64,000 nucleotides of DNA, taken from a virus (Duplodnaviria > Caudoviricetes). The stretch covers positions 13,730 through 77,729 of the IMG/VR virus record IMGVR_UViG_3300037541_000451. One strand, given 5' to 3'. The position numbers were made by a program, and so were the translations under genes. The first letter of the stretch is position 1; every line of letters starts with the position of its first letter. Under the pieces are notes generated by a model that worked only from the letters and a program-made list of their open reading frames with translations, ran no database searches and was not told the DNA's origin. Of this stretch, positions 9,708-18,024 are shown piece by piece.

Positions 9708-10571
9708 CATTAAAGATAGGAGTAGCCTTGATCACCACGTTTAATACGTTTAGTGATAGTAGAATGATTAATGCCAAGCATTCTACCGGCTTCACGCGTT
9801 GATTCAAATATGCCAAACGGAGTGGAAACTGCTTTTCGTAAATGATGTGCGTTTCTTCCATCTGCCTCTTTACCTTGAATTACTTCATCTTTCCAGTAAT
9901 AACCTTTATGTAATATACTCTTGCTACCAGCTTTTCTAGAAATGACTGCTTTAACAACTTTATGTGCTTTTGCCGCAGCCGCAACAGTCGGGAATTCACC
10001 TAAAGGAGTAATTACAGCTCTTGCTAGTAATGAGTTATCACCACTAACAGCTTCTTTAGCTAATTGATACATTAATGGTGATAGTTTAACGCCATCTCTA
10101 GAGCACATTGTTGCATATGCTACTTTTAAACCTTTTACTTCTGGGAAAGCTTTCATTAATAACCAATGAGCAAGTAAGTGACATCTCGCGTTCAGATAAA
10201 TTAAGTTTGATGAATCGTCACCGCCATCCATACATTTTGGAATAATATGATGACGCTCATAATAACTTTTTAATGGCTTTAGTTGGAAGCCGTGTTTTTC
10301 AATTAAAGCCAAATAATGCTTTTCGTAATCCATTTTAACTCCTAATGTATATTACTATACAGATCAGACTATATCTTACGTCGTCACCTTTTCAGGATAG
10401 TACGTCACCGCGCTTCGGAATTAGCATAATTCCTACGAACTTCATCATCTGGTCTAGATGGTATGTTCTAGTCGTTGCACCTTCAAAGGTATCCCTACCT
10501 AAGCTTGGCTCAGGATTGCCCTTTAAGAAGGGTTTCCCTGAATTCACGGTGTTTATACATGGCAACATTCT
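9708..10571 (-). mobile_element. Group I self-splicing intron (864 nt) with HNH ORF in the P9 region
   Basis: P1 ACAUGGU/GCCAUGU with U.G at the 5' splice site; P10 AGAAUGUU/GACGUUCU; P3 CACCGUG/CGCGGUG; core elements AAUUCAGGGAA, AAUCCUGAGC, GUGCAACGACUA, AAGAUAUAGUC; P9 GUAUA-GUAA-UAUAC; terminal G at 9708. Confidence 0.93.
9710..10333 (-). CDS. Intron-encoded HNH homing endonuclease with two C-terminal NUMOD1/HTH-like repeats
   Basis: ERHHIIPKCMDG..SNLIYL..RCHLLAH; repeats TPLGEFPTVAAAAKAH and TPFGIFESTREAGRML. Confidence 0.9.
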   Translation of the reverse strand: MDYEKHYLALIEKHGFQLKPLKSYYERHHIIPKCMDGGDDSSNLIYLNARCHLLAHWLLMKAFPEVKGLKVAYATMCSRDGVKLSPLMYQLAKEAVSGDNSLLARAVITPLGEFPTVAAAAKAHKVVKAVISRKAGSKSILHKGYYWKDEVIQGKEADGRNAHHLRKAVSTPFGIFESTREAGRMLGINHSTITKRIKRGDQGYSYL

Positions 10572-13500
10572 ACCATGTTTTGAGCTTTAGCAGCTTTTCG
10601 TAAATCTTTTTCCGAAAGTCCTAATTTTTGATTCAAAAGTCTAAATCTAGGATCGTTGTAAGTTGCAGCTGCGATTTCGTCGTAAAGTCTTTTCTTTTGA
10701 TTGGTTGGAATGACATTTGACAGTTCCGCCAATTGTTTATTTCTAGTTGTTAAAGCAATAATCTGAGCACCAGATGAAGAAGCATCTTGCTCGAGTGCTA
10801 ATGAAATATCATAATCTTTAAGTCTAGCAAGAGAGTTTCTGCTATAAGAGCCTTCCAGGTAATTATCAATTTTGGCAGTTTCTAGAGCTAATCTTAAGAA
10901 TTTATTAAGATCTTCTCCATCGATTTTTTGAAAAATCTCTGATTCTAAAATAGCTCTAATGTCATTAGGCTTACTTTTAAGCATATGATTTCCAAGTTTT
11001 ATCATTTCTGGACGCCATTTTGCTGCAATTTTTTGTCTTCCAGTTAAAGTCAATGAGTTATAGTTACCTTCAAAGTAATCACTTAGTCCACCTAAAAAAG
11101 ATCCAATTTGATCTTGCAAATTATAAAAACCTTCTTCACTAAATTTACGTGAAATTTCAGTATTTAAAAATGGTCTAAAAGTTTCACCTGATTGAGGACC
11201 AATTAAACCACGATCATATATTCTAGCCCGATGGTCTATAAACGGATGGTTGCTAAAAGCTTTATTTTCGGCTGTAAGCCACTCCATAGCTTTAATCCGT
11301 TCATATGAGTCACCTCTAGAAGCCATATATTTACGATATTCATTTAAGTCATTATACTTCTTAGCCTGACCTTTATCGTCCTCAAAATATAAAATCTTTT
11401 TTACAAAATTAAGATAATCTTTATCAATCTTATATTTACTTTTAGCTGCCCAATTTAAAGCCTCCACAAAGTCTTTATCAATAAATTCTTCTGGAAAATC
11501 ACTGAAACTAGAAGTCGATGTTATTGGTATTCTAGTGTCTTCGTAACCTAAAATACCACGATCGATAAAATACGTTTTATAACCTTCTCTAAACACTAAT
11601 CTATTTTTGTCTTCAGTTACAGAAACACGTAATCCTAATTCAACTTTTCTTACTAATTTAGCGTATTCTTGTATTCTTGGATCTACAATTCGAATATTAT
11701 AAGATAATGTATCATAATATGGCCCAAAATAAGCACCACTCATCATACTTTTCATTCTTCTTTTTTGAACACCAAAAGTTTCAATTTCAAAGAACTTTTT
11801 AACGTTCTTAGCCTCTAAAAGACTCATCCCTAGCTCGTACCATTTACGTCTATTACCATTTATATTAGCAAGATTATATAAATCACGTCCTAAAGCAACA
11901 GCAAATTGATCGCGATCTGGGCTATCAGCAAGGCTTAGCCTGTGAGCAAACTTTAAATAAAATTGTTGTAGATCTCTGTCAGAGACTCTGTTTCGAATTA
12001 TTAAAGGAATTTTGTAATCGAAAACATTGCGTAATTCATTAGCAATTCCAGGGGCTATTTTGTCTTCCCATCTGTTTTTCTTTAAAATATTTTCAATAAA
12101 TTCGTCATGTAATTCTTGCAGTTGAGTGCTTCCCAAAACAGGATCTATGTAATTATCTTGTAAAAGCTTTTTAAGAAAATCAGAGTCTTTTCGCAGCTGT
12201 GTTTCTACGAAATCAGAAACGTTCATAACATCAAACTTGATTTGGCCTTGAACAACTGCTTTAAAGTTAGACCAAATTTGATTATTAGATCTGTATCTGC
12301 CAAAAATGATTCTTAAGTTATCAGCAACTACGGCACGTTCGTTTATACTCATACGATCTGCTAAAGATTCAACAATATCTTTAATAAAGGCTTTATCTCT
12401 ATCTAATAGTTTTTCACTTTCATCAATGAGTCTAATATTATTTGCTAAAACAGCTGGATTTGGTTGATACAAACGCACATCTTCGTATCTACCAGTTATA
12501 GGGTTAAATTTGAGTTGGTCCTCACGAGGAGGACTAGCTAGAACTCTATTTTTTACACCTCTTTTTACATTTAATAGAGTACCTCTATAGTTGGTCAAAG
12601 ACAATGTTCCATTAAGCTCACCAGATTGTAATAAATAATAATCTATTAAGCGTTTCTTTAATTCATCATTTCCAATAAAATCATCCGGTGTTGATGCACC
12701 TAGCTGTAATGCATCTAACTTTTCTTTAGCTAAAGCAAACTTTTTAGTGTCATTTGGTAAGGTGTATCCACTATCACTTAAAGCTCTGAGCTCCTTGATT
12801 CCAACAGATGCACCGTCTGGTGCTGTAAACCTATCTACAGTAAGCTCTCCGCTACGAAGGAGTTCAACCTTTTGATAATCACCAAGATGTTTTAATTGGA
12901 TCTCTTTGGATTGTCTGCTTAACCATGTATTATAAGACTCTCTTAAAGGTGTCTGACCGTCATAATATACAATCTGTTCTTTAGTCAAGTTTTCAATATT
13001 GCGTTTGCGGACTTGAGCTGCACCTTCTAATTTAGAGATATCATTCCAGTTCTTAAAAACAGGTATTGTTGTAGATCTACAATGAAAGTGCGCAGGTGGT
13101 AAGTGTTTTCTATCATCTATCGGATAAATATTTCCATCACGATGTGCACATAAAGGAGTGGTTCTAGAATCTAAAACAGCTACATATTGCCAGCCTTGTA
13201 AAGCTTTTTCGTTAGCTTTATAGACTTCTTGATCTGTTTGTGCAGTAACGGATGTAACTGCTGTTACAACTAAAGCTCTAGACTGAGATCTGGTAATGCT
13301 GTGAATATTATTCTTACGAACATCTAAAGCAATTTCATCAATTGTTTTATTATCTGCAATACCTTTTCTAATTACTGCTTCTAGTCTCTTTCTTTCACTT
13401 TCACCAACTCCACCCCAACCTTGTAACAAAGTTCTATCGTTAAAAAGCGGTCTTTCTAAAACAATTTCTTCAGCAACTCTTTTGGCAGGTCGTTCTGCTC

Positions 13501-13816
13501 TCCAAATCTTACCCATAGATGTTTCTATGGTTTGATAGGTATAAGAGAGCTGATCTGATACTAAGTCTAGTAAAGATCTTTTTGAAATGCTATAAGCTTC
13601 TCTATAAGTTTTTTGTAGTTCTTGATCAATAGCTTCACGAAGTTTTTCAAAGCCTTTTTGAGATAAACTTGCTTCTCTTATTAGCTTATCCACTCTTACT
13701 TCGTGGCCGTCAATTACAAGTGATACTTTGTTATTTAATCTTTTTTCGTACAAGCGGATCATTGCCGCTCGATCAATGGTTCTATCATATATGTCTGTAT
13801 TCGCATTGTTAGCCAT
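10572..13816 (-). CDS. MuF (SPP1 gp7-like minor head) domain fused to T7-family RNA polymerase, exon 1; spliced product 1542 aa
   Basis: MuF motif WQYVAVLDSRTTPLC..RDG...PPAHFHCRST; RNAP motifs DHRARIY, EQDASSSGAQ (A), RKAAKAQNMV|TFYG (B). Confidence 0.92.
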
Positions 13817-13938
13817 CCATTGCTCCGTACGTGCGCGGAAAGGTACCGGCTAGGTACTAGGTTGGACCAGAGTGTCACGATTTTCGTGAGGGTATACCCC
13901 AGGGTATATCTTGACCCTCGCGTGGCACCTGCGCCCGC
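13817..13938 (-). other. GC-rich multi-hairpin leader of the MuF-RNAP gene
   Basis: Stems GAGGGT/ACCCTC (with inner ATACCC/GGGTAT), CACGA/TCGTG, GTACC/GGTAC in an AT-rich context. Confidence 0.5.
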
Positions 13939-14091
13939 TTAACTTTGTTTATTTTCAGACGTTTTCTTTTTAACTCTTTTTGCAACATCTAAAGCAATAG
14001 CAACTGCTTGCTTTTGAGGTTTTCCTTCTTTCACAAGAGTGGATATGTTTTTAGATATTGATTTTTGAGTTTTCCCTTTAGATAAAGGCAT
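13939..14091 (-). CDS. Small basic head-region protein (50 aa, not in ORF track)
   Basis: [50 protein letters not shown], translated by hand; resembles a recurrent phage peptide family. Confidence 0.75.
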   Translation of the reverse strand: MPLSKGKTQKSISKNISTLVKEGKPQKQAVAIALDVAKRVKKKTSENKQS

Positions 14092-14105
14092 TAGCGCGCT
14101 TTCAA

Positions 14106-14795
14106 TTAATCGCCCCACATGCGTTTACGAATTTTTTCAGCCGTTTGTTTAACATCTGAACCACTTTGATTAATTAGATTTTTACTATAAGATCTAATAT
14201 CGCTGACTTTTTCATAGTCTCTAGCTTGCTTAACAATTGCATCTTCGTTAGCCTTAGCTTTTGTTGCAACATTAATCTTATTAGCGATAGAATCTTGTTT
14301 AATTGTTTTTTCGTAAATTCTAGAATCGATTTCTCTTCGCAAAGCACTGTTGGTACGCTCAGCTTCATTAATTTTTCTTTTACTGTTTTTGTTAAGAATT
14401 GCATCAGCAGCCAAAAAAGTCATTGCTGCACCAATTGCAGCAGGAGGCGATATTACTGACATGGGCGCTGTCATAATTACCCCATCTTTTACATAAGATT
14501 TTAATTCCTTATCTTTATAATTTGAAATTAAATCCTCATTTACAATATTTTTGATTTTTACTCTATTCAATTGATTAAGCTCATCACGAGTTTTATTAAG
14601 CTCTTTAGAATCAGATTCAATGTTTCGGTTATAAAGCGTAGAAAACGCCTTTGAAAAAGCAGCTTTCTGATTCAATTTTTGCTGTTTTTCTCTAGTTGCG
14701 AAATAACCACCAATACTATAACGGTATCCAGGCGAAGAACCATCTTTTGTGTATTGGTTTACACCTTCTGGATTATTTGTTTTTCCGGTTGCCAT
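14106..14795 (-). CDS. Candidate internal/ejected virion protein A
   Basis: N-terminal [16 protein letters not shown] shared with neighbour; one hydrophobic segment plus coiled coils. Confidence 0.6.
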   Translation of the reverse strand: MATGKTNNPEGVNQYTKDGSSPGYRYSIGGYFATREKQQKLNQKAAFSKAFSTLYNRNIESDSKELNKTRDELNQLNRVKIKNIVNEDLISNYKDKELKSYVKDGVIMTAPMSVISPPAAIGAAMTFLAADAILNKNSKRKINEAERTNSALRREIDSRIYEKTIKQDSIANKINVATKAKANEDAIVKQARDYEKVSDIRSYSKNLINQSGSDVKQTAEKIRKRMWGD

Positions 14796-14847
14796 TATTA
14801 CTCCTTAATTTGGTTATAATCTAGTAAGCGTAAATTAAACAATTTAT

Positions 14848-15414
14848 TTAAGTTTGCTTAAACTGCCTTTGATGGCCTGTCGCTTTTCTAACAGCTTCTT
14901 CCTCTCTGTCAATCTTGTAACCTAAATATCCACCAGTAACGGCACCGCCCACAGTATTTATGCCTATTTTGAGTGCAGGATTCATCTTAGCAACCATCTG
15001 AGCAGATTTGAATACAAGAGCTCCAATGCCGGCTCCCATCGCAGCTGTTGGAATACCTAAAGATGCAGCACCTATTGCTTTTCCCTTAGGAGTAGAACCA
15101 ATTGATGCGCCTGATGTACCGCCCGCAATTGCACCTGCAGCTCCATAGAGTTTTGCTGCATTCGAAGTATTTTTTACCTTATCTAGAAAAATTCGAGTAG
15201 TAGCATTGCCTATAACACCGCTTGCCGCGCCTATAGCTGCTCCGGCCGCAGCATATTTAACGGTTTTATCGACTGCTTCCCAATTTTCTTTAGTTCTTTC
15301 TTTTGCACTTGCAAATGCGCCTCCAACTCTTGTTTTAGCAGCTTCGAATGTAGATTTAGGCTTGCCAGTGTATTGATTTATACCTTCTGGGTTGTTAGTT
15401 TTACCAGTTGCCAT
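14848..15414 (-). CDS. Candidate internal/ejected virion protein B (glycine-zipper hydrophobic segments)
   Basis: N-terminal [16 protein letters not shown]; repeated AAAGAAIGA/GAIAGG/GAVTGG segments. Confidence 0.6.
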   Translation of the reverse strand: MATGKTNNPEGINQYTGKPKSTFEAAKTRVGGAFASAKERTKENWEAVDKTVKYAAAGAAIGAASGVIGNATTRIFLDKVKNTSNAAKLYGAAGAIAGGTSGASIGSTPKGKAIGAASLGIPTAAMGAGIGALVFKSAQMVAKMNPALKIGINTVGGAVTGGYLGYKIDREEEAVRKATGHQRQFKQT

Positions 15415-15423
15415 TATTACTCC

Positions 15424-17004
15424 TTAAGCTACTCCATCACCATTTGCAATACCTTCAAGAACCCGATTTGGTGCTTGAGCCTTCATTACAGCTTCCATAT
15501 CAGCTGTTATCTCCTGTTTACCAGCTTCATCGTCATAATCGGGCGGCATTAAGTCATTTTGTTTGAGTAACATAATCCAAATAGATCTAGGAATTAAGCC
15601 TTGTTGATACCATTCTGTGGCAAGTCTCAACCAATCAGCACCAAGAGGTACTGGATTAAAATCATCAGATAAACTAAACTTCACATCTGATGCTTTAATA
15701 CCAATCGAATAACGCCAGCTTATCATAAACGCAATCACTTGAGACATTATAGAGCTAATCTTGCTATTTAATGTACCAAGTCTGGCTGTTTGAGCAGCGT
15801 TTCTAATTTCTAATGCAATGCCTGATTGAGATGTTTCAGGGCTCAGCATTCTAATGCCAAGCTTTGCCATTTCTTCAATGCCGCTGGCAATAGCTTTTTC
15901 CATGTCAGATAGAGCATCTGTAGGAGTCTCTAGTACTTTTGCATCATCGCCTTGTCTAAGGCGTAACCAAGTGCCTAAACCGCTATTGACTAACTTATCA
16001 AAGTCATCATCAGACATGTCTGAAATGATGACCGGAGTATATGTTGAAGCACCATAAAGTAAATGATTTCTTCGGCTTATTTTATTATACAAGCTTAATT
16101 CTTTATCAATAATTTGAGAAAGCATTGGTTCTACTGGATCAATAGAACCATTAAGAGGCCATGCTGGAATAAATCTTAGACGTTCGCCTTCTAAAAGAAT
16201 ATTAGTCTTTGTCTCAACAAGATCAAAAATATCTTTATGTTCAGAAGGCCTTAAAACTTGTTGCCCTGCAACGACAGGCAGTTGAGTCGTATCAGCCTTC
16301 TTTTGAAAAATACGTATTTGATAGTAGCCATCTTTATCTAATTCATGAACCCATACTGTATCACGGTAAGTAGGATGAAATTCATATTGAGAATAGTCTT
16401 CTTTAAAACCACGAATAATTACCCTGTTAAGTATTGATTTACCGTATTCATTTTCACTAATTCTCCAATTTATAATTGATTCTGCTTTTTGTAGTATAGG
16501 GTAAGGTTTGTAATTTAGTTTATCATCTGCACTTAGATTATTTTCATCAGGAATATTAGGATAATCAACAAAGATCCATGCTCTGCTTGTTTGAACTTCT
16601 TCCCACAATGCTAAGTCAAGAAAAGCTGTCAAAGATGAGTCATCTTTTCCAAACTCATTCATGATCCAATTATAAGCGTCTGCAGGAACTGATGCGGGTA
16701 ATTCGAGTAAGGGCTTCTTTCTAAGAAGCCCACCTACAATCATTTTAGCAAATTCAGAGGTTATCCCAGGAAGTTCTGCTTCTGCCTTATAGAACTCATA
16801 CTGTTCCTGGGACATTTTGGGAGAGAATGGTATTAAGAAATTAGTAAAAGAAAGTCTATCAAGATAGTTATCATATGCTTTTACATACCGTTCACCGCTA
16901 CAAACCGCTCTGCTCCTGTTCCAGAGCGGTTTTAAGGACTCAAAAGAGGCATTTGGATCCGCTACGGTTTTTACAGGAGCTTGTGCTGCATTTATAATGG
17001 CCAC
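15424..17004 (-). CDS. Portal protein
   Basis: 526 aa, DUF4055-type portal features (YKAEAELP, RFIPAWPLN, SGIALEIR); position upstream of MuF. Confidence 0.85.
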   Translation of the reverse strand: MAIINAAQAPVKTVADPNASFESLKPLWNRSRAVCSGERYVKAYDNYLDRLSFTNFLIPFSPKMSQEQYEFYKAEAELPGITSEFAKMIVGGLLRKKPLLELPASVPADAYNWIMNEFGKDDSSLTAFLDLALWEEVQTSRAWIFVDYPNIPDENNLSADDKLNYKPYPILQKAESIINWRISENEYGKSILNRVIIRGFKEDYSQYEFHPTYRDTVWVHELDKDGYYQIRIFQKKADTTQLPVVAGQQVLRPSEHKDIFDLVETKTNILLEGERLRFIPAWPLNGSIDPVEPMLSQIIDKELSLYNKISRRNHLLYGASTYTPVIISDMSDDDFDKLVNSGLGTWLRLRQGDDAKVLETPTDALSDMEKAIASGIEEMAKLGIRMLSPETSQSGIALEIRNAAQTARLGTLNSKISSIMSQVIAFMISWRYSIGIKASDVKFSLSDDFNPVPLGADWLRLATEWYQQGLIPRSIWIMLLKQNDLMPPDYDDEAGKQEITADMEAVMKAQAPNRVLEGIANGDGVA

Positions 17005-17006
17005 AA

Positions 17007-17213
17007 TTAGCCTCGCAGTCTGAGATTGAACTCCTCAATTGTACCTGAAAAATGCTCACGAGAAGCATTGTTGTAAGCTGTGATACCATCGTCCGTAGGA
17101 TGAATTTGCCAATTTGAAGGTATCCTATTTTCAAAAGGAATTACCACCACTTTAGGCTGTTCTTGATCATCTACAGGCGGATCAACAATATTGTTAATTT
17201 TAATATCTACCAT
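17007..17213 (-). CDS. Small protein with PSNW domain (paralog of N-terminus of 29786..30679)
   Basis: IPSNWQIHPTDDGITAYNN..EHFSGTIEEFN. Confidence 0.65.
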   Translation of the reverse strand: MVDIKINNIVDPPVDDQEQPKVVVIPFENRIPSNWQIHPTDDGITAYNNASREHFSGTIEEFNLRLRG

Positions 17214-17214
17214 T

Positions 17215-17526
17215 TTAAACTAATCCTGATCTTTTTAAAACAAACATTACAATTAAGCCAAGTGCAGCCCAAGTAACTCTATCATACCATAGGGCAAGCT
17301 TCTTGGTTGTAGGAGCTTGTAATTCTAGCTTAGACAACCTCTCCTCAATTTTGGATATGCTATTAAATGCTTTTTCTATAGACAAAGTAATTTGAAGTTG
17401 TCTCTCTTCAATTAATGTTAATTTTGTAATAGCAACGGTAAGCTCCTTAATACTTTGTTTCATATCGCTAACAGCTTCATTTAAGCTATCAACTTTATGG
17501 TTTAACAATGGGATATCCTCCAACAT
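17215..17526 (-). CDS. Coiled-coil protein with C-terminal TM helix (holin/XhlA-like)
   Basis: Heptad coil then WAALGLIVMFVLKR. Confidence 0.55.
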   Translation of the reverse strand: MLEDIPLLNHKVDSLNEAVSDMKQSIKELTVAITKLTLIEERQLQITLSIEKAFNSISKIEERLSKLELQAPTTKKLALWYDRVTWAALGLIVMFVLKRSGLV

Positions 17527-17795
17527 TTAAAACTCCAAACTTGATCGACGAGCGTCTATTTCGTAAGGGTTGTTTTTGTAGCCATATCTTAAAGTATAGT
17601 ATAAATATTTTAAGTAAAACTTTATAACGCCTTCCTCTTTTATTTGCCTAGCGTGTGCAAGTTCATGTTTTACTAAAACTTTATTATTCAAATGTTCTTC
17701 AAGAATATAAATACCCCATGGCAAAGTTATTCCAACGAAACGTCTAGAAGTTTAAAAAAGAATTTTATTAAGCCTGTAGCTTTATTTATCTTCAA
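17527..17795 (-). pseudogene. HExxH metallopeptidase-like protein (DUF4157-like) with 1-nt frameshift
   Basis: LVKHELAHARQ...NNPYEIDAR; a TTG start at 17795 gives 269 nt; adding one T near 17750 yields KLSRRFVGITLPWG. Confidence 0.55.
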
Positions 17796-18014
17796 TTCTA
17801 TCAAGCTTTTTAAATATAGCTTCACTTAGCTTGTCAAAATCTTCTTTTTTGACATAAGTACCTGCAACTAATATTTCTATGCTTGATACTTCTCAGCAAG
17901 CTTAGTATCTGATTTTTGTAAATCTCGTAAAGCTATCCACATGATACGTAATATCCATCCAAACAAGATTAACACTAAGCTAATTAATGTGTCAATTAGC
18001 CTTACTTCATTCAT
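17782..18014 (-). pseudogene. Small membrane/coiled-coil lysis-region protein with 1-nt frameshift
   Basis: 233 nt; one base added near 17890 joins MNEVRL..LFGWILRIMW..KLAEK to VSSIEILVAGTYVKKEDFDKLSEAIFKKLDRIEDK. Confidence 0.6.
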
Positions 18015-18024
18015 TTTTTCATCT

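Noticed and set aside
8324-13816. Stop-codon recoding or a natural two-subunit RNAP as the reason for the split ORFs
   Set aside because: A complete group I intron with P1/P10 pairings restores the frame exactly; other genes terminate normally with TAA/TAG/TGA.
17215-18014. Endolysin gene
   Set aside because: Only membrane/coiled-coil and HExxH proteins are present; no recognisable lysozyme, amidase or peptidase endolysin in the window, so it probably lies outside.
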